From Octopus vulgaris (taxonomy: Eukaryota), in contig OX597831.1 of NCBI GenBank assembly GCA_951406725.2, forward strand, positions 11,842,001 to 11,906,000: DNA of 64,000 nt, in the 5' to 3' direction. The notes under the pieces were generated by a model that worked only from the letters and a program-made list of their open reading frames with translations, did not search any database and was not told the origin of the DNA. A program made the position numbers and the translations under genes. Of the stretch, positions 1 through 14,765 are shown one piece after another; within the stretch, counting starts at the first letter, position 1, and the number at the start of each line of letters is the position of its first letter.

Positions 1-40
1 ACACAAACATACACACACACACACACATATATACACACAC

Positions 41-320
41 ACACACGTCTCTTACCATGCATATATATATATATCTCCAATTGAAGACTCACACACAACA
101 CACATATTTTTCAAGTTTATGCAATTGCTTGTCTTCAATTACGCACACATACACACACACATATATATATATATACACACACACACGTCTCTTACCATGC
201 ATGCATATATATATATCTCCAATTGAAGACTCACACACAACACACATATTTTTCAAGTTTATGCAATTGCTTGTCTTCAATTACGCACACATACACACAC
301 ACATATATATACATACACAC
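41..320. repeat. 140-bp tandem duplication (2 copies)
   Basis: acacacgtctcttaccatgc...aattgaagactc...gtcttcaattacgcacac occurs at 41 and again at 181. Confidence 0.9.
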
Positions 321-465
321 ACACACACATATATACATACACACACACACATATATATACATACATACACGCACATATATATGATGTTAGTCAATTATTG
401 TTGAGCAATATTTCTCCATTTCCTGTTTACTTTATACACACACACACACACACGCACTTTTCAAG

Positions 466-502
<37 letters not shown>

Positions 503-629
503 GTGTGTACATCTTCATATCTTCATGTATGCACATACATGCTCGTCCTGCAAGTATGTGCACTCTAATTATACACGCACACATAACACATCCACCCTGA
601 ACTATACACACACATGCACATCTCCACCT

Positions 630-661
<32 letters not shown>

Positions 662-1548
662 ACGAGCGTGCACGCGTACACACAAACACATCTCCGGCTA
701 TAGATAAACACACCTCTCACAGTATACATACACACATTTCCAATTATACACGCCCATATACACACATCTTCGGTTATACATACGCAAATTGCTAATTATA
801 CACACACAGACACACACAGGTTTATGTACACACGTACAAATACCCAATTATACACAAACAAATACACACACATTTTGATGTATACAAACACAAATTTTCC
901 GATTAAACACACGCACATACACATCTCGTTGTATACACGCGCAAATTACCAATTATACACGCGCATATTTCAATCCATCCTTACCTCACCCTCCGCCTAA
1001 TCGCCACCCTGCCCCTATACACTGCGTTTCAAACAAATCTGGTCCCTGAATCCCTTGGCTGTGATTTCAAAATGACCCTTACCAATAGCCAAGGTTACGC
1101 AGACACGTTCATCTTGGCAAGCCGGACCCAACGTTATATTGTGTGTCTTTTTATTAATGACCGTCGTCCCTTCCCTGTTCCTTCTTCTCTCATCCTCCGC
1201 ATCCTCCTCCTCATCATCATCATCGTCATCATCATCATCATCATCGTCATCATCATCATCGTCATCATCATTATCATCATCATAGATATTCGTTGCCATC
1301 GCCGCCGTCACCAGCGTCACTCTGCCGTCGCCGCTAACGCTGCCATCGACGCCATCGACGCTACCATCGTCGTCACCACCACCGCCGCCGGATCCCCAAC
1401 CCTACCCCCAATAAATACTGCGCTGACGTCATCAATAGCCAACCGATCATGCGAAGCATTAACACCAGTAGGGGCCGACGAAGTAGCTTCTGACCTTCCA
1501 GAGATAGCAGCCATGTCTCCCTCATATACCTAATGGTGTTGTTATTTA

Positions 1549-1963
1549 CTTCTTTATTGCCCATAAGGGGCTAAACATAGAGGGGACAAACAAGGACAGA
1601 CAAAAGGATTAAGTCGATTATATCGACCCCAGTGCGTAACTGATACTTATTTAATCGACCCCGAAAGGATGAAAGGCAAAGTCGACCTCGGCGGAATTTG
1701 AACTCAGAACATAACGGCAGACAAAATACCTATTTCTTTATTACCCACAAGAGGCTAAACACAGAAGGGACAAACAAGGACAGAAAAACGGATTAAGTCG
1801 ATTATATCGACTCCATTGCGTAACTGGTACTTAATTTATCGACCCCTATAAGATGAAAGGCAAAGTTGACCTCGGCGGAATTTGAACTCAGAACGTAACG
1901 GCAGAAGAAATTCCGCTAAGCATTTCGCCCGACGTGCTAACGATTCTGCCAGCTCGCCGCCTT
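1549..1963 (-). mobile_element. tRNA-derived SINE family B (Meta/MESC-like core), full copy plus tandem 5'-truncated copy
   Basis: Reverse complement of ggcggcgagctggcagaatcgttagc...gagttcaaattccgccgaggtcgactttgcctttcatcctttcggggtcgataaattaagtaccag; matches the + copy at 47487; second partial unit at 1549-1730. Confidence 0.9.
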
Positions 1964-2427
1964 GATTGTGTTGATATTAGAAATGGTGGTGGTCGATCTG
2001 CGATCGAACCAAAGAATTTATTTTACCAGCCCTTTTTCAAATTGCTCATAATTACCTTTTGTCACCATTTATTGTTGGCCGAGTGAGAATTGAACTCATA
2101 ATACACAAGACCAAATCAGATATGCATCCAACTCTGGAACAATTTTCCGCTAACACACCGACCCTGGGGTGGCACATTCTTTACCTTCTTATTCTTTTTC
2201 TTTCTTTCTTTGAAGCAAAGTTGACCACGCCGTGATTTGAACCCGGTATCTGCAAAATACCGAGAGATATTATATCCAAAATTCTAACAGCAATAATTCT
2301 TTTTCATAACAAAAAAAGCGAGAAGAATTGTTTGGGTCAACAGGAATTTGCATAATTAGAATACTAATTATGAATTCTGATTGAATATTCGTTGCATATT
2401 GATTGTGAATCTATGTATGTACATAGT

Positions 2428-2802
2428 GGAGGCGCAATGGCCCAGTGGTTAGAGCAACGGATTTGCGGTCGTAGGATCGCGGTTTTGATTCACAGACCGG
2501 GTGTTGTGTTTATTGAGCAAAAACACCTAAGGCTCCACAAGGCTCCAGCAGGGGGTAGTGGTGAACCCTGCCGTACTCTTTCACTTCAACTTTCTCTCAC
2601 TCTTTCTTCCTGTTACTGTTGTACCTGTATTTCGAAGGGTCAGCTTTGTCATACTTTGTGTCACTCTGAATCTCCCCGAGAACTACGTTAAGAGTACACT
2701 TGTCTGTGGAGTACTCAACCACTTGCACGTTAATTTCACGAGCAGGCTGTTCCGTTGATTGGATCAAGTGGAACACTCCTCGTCGTAACCGACGGAGTGC
2801 CG
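2428..2802 (+). mobile_element. tRNA-derived SINE family C, tail type 1
   Basis: Head ggaggcgcaatggcccagtggttagagc (A box) and ggttttgattc (degenerate B box); colinear with 58000-58383 over its full length. Confidence 0.9.
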
Positions 2803-2821
2803 TAGTTAATGTATGTATCTC

Positions 2822-3200
2822 TTATTCTTTTACTTGTTTCACTCATTTGACTGCGGCAATGCTGGAACACTGCCTTAAAGAGTTTCTAGTAGAAGAAATC
2901 GACCCCAGGACTTATTCTTTGTAAGCCTAGATCTCTTTTGCCGAAGCGCTAAGTTACAAGGACGTAAGCACACCAGCATTGGTTGTCAAGCGATGGTGGG
3001 GGACAAACACAGATACACACACACACACACGCGCGCACATATACGACGGGCTTCTTTCAGTTCACCAAATCCTTTCACAAGGCTTTGGTCGGCCCAAGGT
3101 TATAGTAGAGGACACTTGCCCAATGTGCCACACAGTGGGACTGAACCCGGAACCATGTGGTTCGTAAGCAAGATACTTACCACACAACCACAGCTGCGCC
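2822..3200 (-). mobile_element. SINE family A with internal microsatellite
   Basis: Reverse-complement match to 37546-37950 (ttacttgtttcactcatttgactgcggc...ggactgaacccggaaccatgtgg). Confidence 0.9.
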
Positions 3201-3214
3201 TATCTTACATCGTT

Positions 3215-3425
3215 TATCTTTCATTTGTATTAGTCATCAGACTGCGTCCAAGCTGGGGCACCGCATTGAAGAATCATTTAGTCGGAGGAATCGACCCGAG
3301 TACCTTTTCTTTAAGTCTAGTACTTACTCCTTGGGTTTCCTTTACCGAACCGCTAAGTTACAGGGACGTAAATCAACAGGCATCGGTCGTCAGGTGTGGG
3401 AACAGGTACAAACACAAACACACGA
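3215..3425 (-). mobile_element. SINE family A, 3' half
   Basis: agtcatcagactgcg...atcgacccgag...ccgaaccgctaagttacagggacgtaaa. Confidence 0.8.
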
Positions 3426-3519
3426 ACACACACACTCACATATTTATACATGCATATATATTCTATATATTCATATATGTGTGTATGTGTGTGAGCGTGA
3501 GTGTGTGTGTGCGTGCGAG

Positions 3520-3565
<46 letters not shown>

Positions 3566-4270
3566 CAAGTAGCTGTAGTCTGTGAGTGGATATAATAGGA
3601 AATGAATAATCAATCGTAAAAGCAATCACACAAATAAGCCAAGAAAAAAAATATAACAAAATAAAATTATTCTGGCTAAAATAAAAATCAGTTTAAAAAG
3701 TAAACATTTAATAAATTAAATGAAAAGAAAATCATGTGATTAATCGATCACAAAATAAATATATAAACAAATAAATAATTTCTAGTAATGAATGTAAAAG
3801 AAAAGGAGTTAACCAAAATGGCGGCGCTATTAAATTTGCGGTCTTGCGGAAAGGGAAATTTTTACGAACATATATCTTGCTATCAAACATTGAATCGTAC
3901 AAAGAGAGATAGAAAAAGGTGTGGGGGGGGGGGGGAGAAGCGGGGGGGGGTTGGATGGGAAATAGATAAGCTGTAATGCAAACTGAGATTGTTAACTTAC
4001 AATATAGACAAAATCTCATTTACTGTTTCAGCATTTACTTACATCCCTTGTTAATTTAATTAAACACGTGACACCTGCTATGTCTTAAGTGAACAGCAGC
4101 ACGGAATGGTGGCGTATACATGTTTAACATACATTAACACTCGTGTACAAACATGAGCAGAGATGTACATACATGCACATACATGTAGATACATGCACGA
4201 CACACGTTGACGTAAGTATGGTTCTACACGCAGACACCTATGCAAGCTACAGGGCAATAATGTACATGCA

Positions 4271-4313
<43 letters not shown>

Positions 4314-4324
4314 CACATATATAT

Positions 4325-4365
<41 letters not shown>

Positions 4366-4490
4366 ATACATATATACATATAACACACATATATACATAC
4401 ATATAACATGTATATATATATACATATATACATATATATACACATATACATATATACATACATATAACATGTATATATATATACACATAT

Positions 4491-4526
<36 letters not shown>

Positions 4527-4668
4527 AATATACATATATACATACATATACATATATATATACATATATACATACATATAACATGTATATATATACATAT
4601 ATATATATGTGTATGTTTATGTATGCACGTGCATATATACATTTTTATACGTATATATATATAAAGAG

Positions 4669-4734
<66 letters not shown>

Positions 4735-5975
4735 CGAGAGATAGAGAGATAGTGTGAGACATATAGACATACATGCATATACCCATACATGTATGTGTAC
4801 ATGAACAAATATATATATTTAATGATGCAGAAACATGCACGTACACGCATACACGCATAGACAACTGAACACACACCCAGACGGGTGTGAGTATATGTAT
4901 GTATACCTGCAAAGAAAACATATCTACCCACAAAAGTATATGTGTGTGTGTGTGCTTGTACATAATACATATATATGTTTTATGTATATATGTATGTGTG
5001 TATGTATCTTTTATACATATAGAGGGAAATTCCAAGACACCAACATACATTCATACACACACCGGCACACACACATACGCACGCATAGACCCACATACAT
5101 ACCTACACGCACACACACTCACGCACACAGACACACACACACACACGGGTATACACCAATGCCAGTACATAGACACGTTTATGCAAATAAAGGCAGACGG
5201 GGATGCATACAACACTACGCATGCGCGTAAATGCTTTCATTCCTGTCTGCGCACGTAGACACGTGACCACACACACACATATATCTATACATACATAAAC
5301 AAGTAAGTTATATATGTATACATACAAACACGCACACTTACACACACACGCACATACACGCACACACACATATAGTTTCATATACATTCAGAGATACGCA
5401 CAACTAGGCATTCTAAATCAATATACACATGTATTCACGTATAAATACACACAGAAGAAATACCTTTGCATACACACACATACACATACACATACATACA
5501 TACATACATACATACATACATACATACATACATACATACATACATACATACGTATATATATATATACACACATGCATACGTGCATACAAATTTGTACGTA
5601 CTCTTATGAACAATGAAATGCACGCATGCAGACATATGGAATAATACATACATGCACACGGGATGATCACGGTTGGCACGTCTCTGAAAATGGAGGAGGC
5701 TGCTCAATCAGGGCCGACCTAGAGTTGAGCATCATCATCGCCATCAACAACGACACAACATCCGCATCCAAATTCACTCGCGAATAAACGGACGTGAAAC
5801 GGAATCTGTCCCATACGTAAAGCAGCATTTAAGCATTAACACAATGTGAAATGCTACCTGACTTATGGGACACCAGGTTTATACGGAGACACACCACACA
5901 TATACAAACGCACATACGGACATACACACATACATGTAGACAGACATACGTACGTACTACAAACACACCTCTCTA

Positions 5976-6019
<44 letters not shown>

Positions 6020-6734
6020 AAACTTTATCTGCTATCACTCTTAATCTACTATCATCTCTAGAATAGTCTTTTTCCCATTTATATATATATATATATATAC
6101 AGACATATATATATACAGACATATATATATACAGACATATATATATATGTATATATGTATGCGTATATATATGTGTAAATATATATGTATGTATATATAT
6201 ATTTATATATATGTATATGTATATGTATATATATGTATATATATGTCTATATATATATTTATATATATGTATGTATATATATATATATATATGTGTATGT
6301 AAATATATGTATGTGTATATATATATATGTATGCATATATACACATACAGACATATATATATGTGTATATATATATGTGTCTGTGTGTGTATATATACTT
6401 ATATATATATATCTATGTATGTATATATGTGTATGTATATATATGTATGCATGTATATGTATATATATATATATATACATATAAAACCATACACATATAC
6501 ATATATATTTATACGTCTGTACACACACACATAATCTCTGTGTCACCAAACTCTCTTGCCTGTCCCCCACCCCTGCTTCCACCCCCAACCCTCCCCCCCA
6601 CCCTATTCCCCGGTACCTAATTACTTAAACTTATCTCAACATGTACCACCTCACTGTTAACAATCTCAACCAAATTATTCATTTAGACGTCATTAGGCTT
6701 AATTGTAATTACTTTTTTTTAGTTAGTTTCTTTG

Positions 6735-6941
6735 TTGACGACGATGATGATGATGATGATCGGGAGGAAGAGGAGGAGGGGGGGAGGATCATGGTAATAA
6801 TGACGACGACGACGACGACGATGACGGTGGTGGTAACTGTGGTGGCGGTTGTGATGTTTGTGACGACAACGATGGAGATGATACTGATGATGATGATGAT
6901 GATGATGATAATGATGATGATGGTGATGGTGATGATGATGC

Positions 6942-7001
<60 letters not shown>

Positions 7002-7370
7002 TGACGACGACGACGATGATGATGATGCTGATGCTGATGATGATGATGATGATTATGAAGATGATGATGATGATGACGACGACTTTGACGACGATGATGA
7101 TGATGGTGATGATGACGATGATGATGATGATGGTGATGATGACGACGATGATGATGATGATGATGATGATGGTGACGATGATGGCGATGGTGATGATGGT
7201 AACGATGATGATGATGGTGATGATGTTGAAGGTGACGAGGATGGTGACGATGTTGTTGGCGATGGAGGCGTTAGTGGTAATGATGATGAAAACGAGGAGA
7301 GGAGGTGGTCGTCTTGGTTATAATGATGCGTAGGATGCTGAAGAGGAGAAGAGGCTAAAGAAACGAGTAC

Positions 7371-7438
<68 letters not shown>

Positions 7439-7500
7439 AGAGGAGGAGGAGGAGGAGGAGGGGAGGGGGAGGGGGAGCGGGAGGGGAGGGGGAGGGGGAG
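6735..7500. repeat. compound (GAT/GAC)n, (TAG)n and (GGA)n microsatellite
   Basis: Direct reading; source of the poly-M/poly-L ORFs. Confidence 0.95.
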
Positions 7501-7867
7501 GAGCAGCAGCAATATCGCCGCAGATACTTGGAGGGTACATTCGATGATATCCAGAGCCCATCCAGCACAAGCTTCTTTCCTACTTTTCCCGCCAAGGATA
7601 AACTGCAAAGTCCACCTTGGCCAGGTTTGATCTCAGGATGTAAAAATCACTAACTAAATTACTAACATGCGCAGGCATGGCTGTGTGGTTAAAAAAAAAA
7701 CCCTCTTTGCGATCACGTGTTATGCCCTCCACACAGTCGGTGCCTAAAACCGCCAGCGAGGTACCACCTTGATGCTAAAACAACCTATAATGGCCTTCCA
7801 TAAATAATGCAAATTCTACATTTTTTAATGATTTTCTTTCAAGTCAATTTTCCTTCGAAGAATACAA

Positions 7868-8130
7868 ATGGTTAGAGCGTCGGGCTGTGTGTTGTGTTCT
7901 TGAGCAAGACACTATATTTCACATTGCTCCAGTTCACTCATCTGTAAAATTGAGTTGTGACATCACTGGTGCCAAGCTGTATCGGTCCCTTTGCCTTTCC
8001 CTTCGATAATATCGGTGGCATAAAACAGGGAGGCTGGTATGCATGGGCGACTGCTCGTCTTCCATAAACTTGCCCGGACTTGTGTTTGGAGGATAACATT
8101 CTAGGTACAATCCCCTGGCCCTTCATGAAT
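7868..8130 (+). mobile_element. CORE/V-type tRNA SINE (family D), head partly deleted
   Basis: gttgtgttcttgagcaagacact...ttcacattgctccagttcactca shared with 30248-30480; opposite-strand tRNA-like head fragment at about 8175-8245. Confidence 0.7.
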
Positions 8131-8709
8131 AAAGTGTGCGGGGTGGGGTATTTACCCTTTTACAAAGTGATTGCCGGTCCGGGAATCGAACTCACTATCT
8201 CGTTCTGTGAGTCTGACGCTCTAGCCACTGAGCCATGCGCCTTCACAAGCCTAGTACTTGTAACGGGGGACAAACCCAACACAGCCGTAGAGACAAATAC
8301 ACATGCGCTTCAAAACCCGTTATTTCGAAGCGAACTTCTTCAGAACACAGCCATGCCTGCGTTTATATAAGATATTAATTTTTCTCCATCTCCAAAGACA
8401 AGGTTAATAATCTAAAAAAGATTTTAATCTCATTAACGACAACTCATTTCACATATTTAAGATTTTAATTTCTATTAAGTTTCCACCAAAAAAAAGAAAT
8501 TTAGTTTTCATTGATTATAATAATGAGGCGACGTTCCATCATCATTCGCTGATATTTAATGTATGAACGGCACAGCAGTCAACCATTTTATCGGCGTTAA
8601 TGATCTCAGGTGTCGTATCTCTGCCAAGATAGAATATTCCAATTCTTTAATTACAAAAATAGAATTCAGCAATCTCGGTGCTTTGTTGGTACAGAAGCAG
8701 CAACAACGT

Positions 8710-9095
8710 GGAGGCGCAATGGCCCAGTGGCGGACTCGCGGTCGGAGGATCGCGGTTTCGATTCCCAGACTGGGCCTTGTGTGTGTTTATTGAGCGAAAA
8801 CACCTAAAGCTCTTCGAGGCTCCGGCAGGGGGTGGTGGCGACCCCTGTTGTACTCTTTCGCTCCAACTCTCTCTCACTCTTTCTTCCTGTTTCTTGTCCC
8901 CGACTTTCTACGCAACCGCTGAGCCTGGATGCGCATTCATCCATCCGTCGATGCTCTTGGTGTCGGGGGTTGACCTGCTTTCTCTTCTGCGGCTCTTACG
9001 AATATCAAAGGACCACGTTTCGGACTTCTCCCATCTTGCGAGCTTTGGGACGAAGACTGTTCGCTCAACAGCAACAGCAACAGCAAGAATAACAA
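8710..9095 (+). mobile_element. SINE family C head with tail type 2
   Basis: Same head/body as 2428 up to ctctttcttcctgtt, then an unrelated tail ending in (gcaaca)n. Confidence 0.85.
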
Positions 9096-9288
9096 CCGTT
9101 GCTGTTGCTGTTTAATACTGGTAGTACTGGGCAGTTTTATCTATAGTCAAGTTTTTCAGGCGTGACCATCCTTCCTTTCATACAGACAACGAATTTTGGA
9201 CTACGTTCTTCATGGGTCACCTTTTTGTAATTGCATATGATTTGCGAGAGATTAGGCTATCTCTTGTAGGTCGTGCGATGATGTAGAG

Positions 9289-9644
9289 CAATGGTTCTCA
9301 GCCGGGTTCCATATAAGTTCCCTGAGGGTCCATATAAGATTTTGGGCGTCCATGCAATAAAGTAGCAAATTCGGGATCCACAATAGCATTTTAATGGCCC
9401 CTGAAAAACTTTTACTTTAGGTGTATAGATTTGTGTGTATTGCAAGAAACAGCGAGTTTTCTTTCTCTAACATTTTACAGAGTTTAACATACACCAGCTT
9501 ATGGGGGGGGGGGACAAAATAGGAATTTTGAAAGAAGGTCTTCATAAAACTAGTTTTTAAATATGGAATGGCTAGGAGGGTCCACCAGAATAAAATAGTA
9601 ATCAAAGGGACCCATGGATAAAAAAAAATAGCTGGGAATCCCTG
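9289..9644. mobile_element. hAT (Charlie-like) MITE
   Basis: Ends caatggttctca...gggaatccctg; 8-bp flanks atgtagag/gtctagag (6/8 identical) resemble the NTCTAGAN Charlie target. Confidence 0.7.
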
Positions 9645-9987
9645 GTCTAGAGGCTCTTTTCATTGGTTCCTGATGCCTAGATATGCAGGTACCATGGGAT
9701 TTACACGGTCATAACAGCCCAAAGTTCGACCAGTAAGAAACAGTAGCTAAGTTCCCGTGAAAGCACACCCTACCAACTTATAAACAAAAGGATAAGCTGA
9801 ACAATGTACTCCTACATAGTGTACGCCTGAAACTAAACTGGAATGATCACAGCAGGAACGTGCTTCTAATGTGGGGGTGGTGGGGATCGAACCTCAACAA
9901 TAATATCAACCAACAAAGGACAATTCTGTGCAATCACACGTATCTGACCATGACAAGAGGTTTATAATGTCTCGAAATTTCTATTAT

Positions 9988-10210
9988 CTCTTTTACTCTT
10001 TTACTTGTTTCAGTCATTTGACTGCGGCCATGCTGGAGCACCGCCTTTAGTCGAGCAAAACGACCCCGGGACTTATTCTTTGTAAGCCCAGTACTTATTC
10101 TATCGGTCTCTTTTGCCTAACCGCTAAGTGACGGGGACGTAAACACACCAGCATCGGTTGTCAAGCAATGCTAGGGGGACAAACACAGACACACAAACAC
10201 ACACACATAC

Positions 10211-10260
<50 letters not shown>

Positions 10261-10422
10261 GACAGGCTTCTTTCAGTTTCCGTCTACCAAATCCACTCAC
10301 AAGGCATTGGTCGGCCCGGGGCTATAGCAGAAGACACTTGCCCAAGATGCCACGCAGTGGGACTGAACCCGGAACCATGTGGTTGGTAAGCAAGCTACTT
10401 ACCACACAGCCACTCCTGCGCC
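9988..10422 (-). mobile_element. SINE family A, near-intact young copy
   Basis: Highly similar (reverse complement) to 37546-37950 including the head ggcgcaggagtggctgtgtggtaag and the tail aagtaaaagag. Confidence 0.95.
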
Positions 10423-10479
10423 TAACTGCTTAATCTTTTCTTTATGTTTGTTGTTGTGCTTTTCTGTTTCATATTTTTT

Positions 10480-10782
10480 ATCGCCCTTTTCAAGCCTAGC
10501 CAGGCTCATGGACCCTGTTTCCCAGTTTCAGTGGCGTATGTGTTCCCCCCAGCTGGACGGGAAGCCAATCCATCGCAGCGTTACCCAAGAAACAGGAAGA
10601 AAGAGAGAGAGAAAGTTGGAGCGAAAGAGTACGACAGGGGTCACCACCACACCCTGCCGGAGCCTCGTGGAGCTTTAGATGTTTTTCGCTCAATAAGCAC
10701 ACACAACGCCCGGTCTGGGAATCGAAACTGCGATCCTCCGACCACGAGTCCACTGCTCTAACCACTGAGCCATTGCGCCTCC
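10480..10782 (-). mobile_element. SINE family C head with tail type 3
   Basis: Intact A/B boxes (tggctcagtggttagagc / ggtttcgattcc); tail ctgcgatggattggcttcccgtccagc...tacgccactgaaactgggaaac resembles the tail of 30248-30480. Confidence 0.85.
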
Positions 10783-11239
10783 ACGTTTTATATTTTGGAG
10801 GTTTTTTAAACATCCTTAAAAAGAGTCAATTGATTGACCTGCTAGAAAAATAATCAAATTCTACGAATTTGATAAACGACACTTGCATATTGAGCTCTAA
10901 CGCATCCATCTGTCCATCTGTCCATCCATTCAGCTAACCAGTTAGTCCTCAGTCCATCTATTTACCCATCCGGCCAGTCATCCAGCCAGCCATCCTTTCG
11001 TCCATCCATCTACCCAGCCATTCATCCTTTCTCACCCATCCATCCATACAACCAGCGAACCAGGCAGGTACATCTATCCAAGGAACGAACAAGCCATTCG
11101 CCCAGCGAAAGAGCGAGCCAACAAGCCCGCTCCTTGTTCATCTCTTAACCTCTTCATCTCGCCTTCATTTGAACTGGTCAATCACGGAGCCGCTGCGTTG
11201 TGAAAGTAGCGAATAAAAAACCTGCCATCTTAAAAACAG

Positions 11240-11500
11240 ATATCATCACCATCACCATCATCACCATCACCATCATCACCATCACCATCATCATCATCAT
11301 CATCATCTTCATTTAACGCCCATCTTCTTTCTTCACATCGCTCGACCAGTTTGACAGGATCCGATGTTTCCAATGACTCATTTAGCTTGTTTCTACGGTA
11401 GGATGCTCTTCCTGTCGTCAACATCTTTTACCGGCTCGACTGGCTACTATTTTTCGCGCCACCTGCACTGTTGAGGTCCTCCATGCAGTTCGCCGGACTC
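11240..11500 (-). mobile_element. degenerate SINE/RTE-type retroposon 3' end with (GAT)n tail
   Basis: catcatc...tttaacgcccat...tttctacggtaggatgctcttcctgtcgtcaac is typical of RTE-partnered 3' ends; heavily diverged. Confidence 0.45.
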
Positions 11501-13020
11501 AGAGCCTTGAGAGGAGTGGATGATATGGTCATGAGCACCGTTACATATAAGGGATAAAAAAAAACAGAAGGGTCTCTGCTGGAATGCCTTGAATCATAGC
11601 TCTCTCCCTTTCTCTCTCTCTCTCACTCTCTCTCTCACTCTCGCTCTCTCTCTCACTCCCCTCTCTCTCTCTCTCTCACTCTCTCTCTGCTCCATCGGGG
11701 CTAAACCGGGGCCCCTCACTAACAATATAAACAATGCTTCCCCTTCTTACTTCAAAAAACTAGAATCCCCTTTTCAACAAACTTATTTCTAGCCGCTCCA
11801 TCCATGCCTCTTCATACTTTCATTCTCTCTCTCTCTTTCTCTCTATCTATCTATCTATCTTTCTCTTTCACTCTTTGTGTATCTTCCTTTCCCTCTCTCT
11901 CTTTCCTTCTTTCTCTCTCTATATATGTATATATGTATATAGATATACGTATGTATTTATGTTTATATATACATATATATACATGTATATATACACACGT
12001 ATGTATGCGTTCGCATGCGTCTGTGTGTAAATATGCGCATATACGTGTGTGTACATTTATACATACGTACACACACATGCACACATACATACATACATAC
12101 ATAGATACATCCATACACACATGCACACATACATACACACATACGTACATACATACATACATACACACATACATACATACACACATACATACATACATAC
12201 ATACATACATACATACATACATGCATACATGCATACATGCATATATACATACATACATACATACATGCAATTCACGTACACCGACTCCGTGCCTCGAAAT
12301 CAAATCATTTCCTAAACAACAGATACAGATCTAACTTCGAATGTCACCTGCGTAAAACACACACACACACGCACACACATACACAAGCTAACATATACAC
12401 ACACAAACTAACATATATATACACACACACACAGACTCACATACACACACATACACAAGCTGACATATATACACACACACACAAGCTCACATACACACAC
12501 ATACACAAGCTAACATATACACACACAAACTAACATATATATATATATACACACACACAGACTCACATACACAAGCTGACATATATATGCACACACACAC
12601 AAGCTAACATATACACGGGAACACATAGACACACACCGCCCACGAGCGTCTCCGCACTAATGTAACACACACACATACACGCACATACACTCACACATAC
12701 ACACATACATGCACAACCCATACACACACACGTACAGCTGCAAGTTTATTTGATGCTCTTTAATTGGTGATAGCGTCACAGATGAGCGTGGCGGCGGCGG
12801 CGGTGGCGGCGATGGTGGTGACGGTGGTGGCGGCAATGGCGGCGCTGGAGGTGGTTCAGTCATGCTATTGGTTATGGTGGTGGTGGTGGTGGTGGTGGTG
12901 GTGGTGGTGGTTGTGATGAAAGAGGTGACAGGCAGAGGAGCGAGGGGCTGAATGTATCGATATTATTGATGGTGGTTGATATAGTGATGGTAATGGTGGT
13001 GGTGGGAGTAGTAGTAGAAA

Positions 13021-13066
<46 letters not shown>

Positions 13067-13815
13067 GGTGGTGGTGGTGGTGGTGGTGGTGGTGGTGATG
13101 GTTGTGGTGGGGTGATGGATGGTTGTTGTAGTGGTGGTGGTGGTGGTGGTATAGTAGTAGTAGCAGCAGTAGTGGTAGTAGTAGTAATTGTAACACTAGC
13201 AACAGCGGCGAAGGCGACAGTGTCGGCAGTTGCAGTGGTGGCAGTGGAATTGGCGGTAGTGGTGGTGGTGGAGGTGGTGGTGGCGGAGGAGGAGGAGGTG
13301 GTAGTGGTAGTGCTGGTGATGGTGGTGATGGTGGTGGTGATGGTGGTGGTGGTGGTGGTAGTTGTGGTGGTGGTAGTGGTGGTGGATGGTGACGATGTGG
13401 GTAAGGATGCCAGCGGTGCAGGGAGCGGCGATGAGAGATGCGATTTTGGTGACCCATGACCAAAAACGTTGTAAACGTGGTCACTGTATTGCCTTGTCTA
13501 TCGCGTATTACATGGGCCAATGTGTCCTTTCACAATTCATAGAAAATACATCGTTTCGCAATAAATCGGAGGCAAAAAGGCTCGTCTTAGCTCACGGTTG
13601 GCAGTGAGTACACTTCATTGACAAAGCGCAATGAGGCTGAAATGCATCGGGTGTTCCCGCTGACCAATGCCAGAACGATTTCCGTCTCCTACTGTTAGTT
13701 TGCTGTTTGAACAAAGCACGTCCATAAGAGATGTTACCTCAGGACGAATACCGCAGAAACTTTACCTTTCAACGATGTGTTTACAATTGAGTACGATACA
13801 TAGATGGCTATTTTC

Positions 13816-13856
<41 letters not shown>

Positions 13857-13874
13857 AATATATATATATATAAT

Positions 13875-14085
13875 TTTTTATTTGTTTCAGTGATCAGACT
13901 GTGGCGATGTCGGCGCAGTGCCTAGAATTTTTTAGTTGAAGGGATCGAATCGAGCCCAGCTCTTATTTCTTGAGTTTAGTATTCATTCAATCGGTCACTT
14001 TTGCCGAGCCACTAGGTTACAGAGACGGAAACACACCAACACCAGTTGTCAACTGGTGTTGGGGGGATAAACACAGACACACACA
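13875..14085 (-). mobile_element. SINE family A, degenerate 3' half
   Basis: ttgtttcagtgatcagactgtggc...ttttgccgagccactaggttac...ccagttgtcaactggtg. Confidence 0.7.
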
Positions 14086-14689
14086 ACACACACATACACA
14101 CACACATATATATATAATATTAATTATTAATTACCAATTATTAGCGACGGAAGCAGTGTTAGTACCGAAAGGTAATCTGTATATCCAACTTAACATGGAT
14201 ATTTTGTTAAAAGACCGAATACTGCGTTATTAGCATTGACTGGTGCTCTCACAGATGCTTGGTGTATATAAGCACAAAGATCGTTACAGATGAAATTCTA
14301 TCATAGGCGGCGGTATTTTTGGTGGTGGTGGTGGATGACAGCTGTGGCAGTAGTTGTGGTGGTAGTGGTATAGTGGTGGTGGTGGTGGTGACAGTGGTGC
14401 GCGCGGTGGTTGTGATGGTGCTACTGCCGATGTAAGATGTGGTGGTGGAGCGGGGTGCTGTTTGTAGTTGCATAACTGGAGAAATGATTATGGTTTAGTT
14501 GTTTCACTGGATGAAGTGGCGGTGGTGCCGTTGACCACGTCATTGGTGGTGGTCACCTTCTTCCTAGTAACCATGGTAATAGTCGTGGTAGTGGTCATCG
14601 TGGCGGTGATGGTTCTTATTGTTGTTGTGATGGCGACGGTGGAGTGATTGTGAGAGAGCCACAGATGACGTCATGAAGGGATGTGTTGA

Positions 14690-14765
14690 CGGGGGAAGGG
14701 GTGACGGGGGAAGGGTGACGGGGGGAAGGGGTGACAGGGGAAGGGGTGACAGGGGAAGGGGTGGC
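14690..14765 (+). repeat. G-rich minisatellite (ggggaaggggtgac)x5 with G-quadruplex potential
   Basis: Five 14-15 nt units, each with two G3-G6 runs. Confidence 0.8.

Noticed and set aside
1015-1533. Overlapping ORFs with an acidic run and minus-strand gtaagg donors
   Set aside because: No acceptor, upstream stops, no recognisable domain; more likely a regulatory island (TGACGTCA at about 1424)
2428-2505. tRNA-like sequences at SINE heads
   Set aside because: They run directly into SINE bodies and lack a complete cloverleaf and terminator; not tRNA genes
6641-7333. Met-rich ORF (reflectin-like?)
   Set aside because: Pure (GAT)n repeat; lacks the reflectin M/FD(X)5MD(X)5MD motif and Tyr/Arg content
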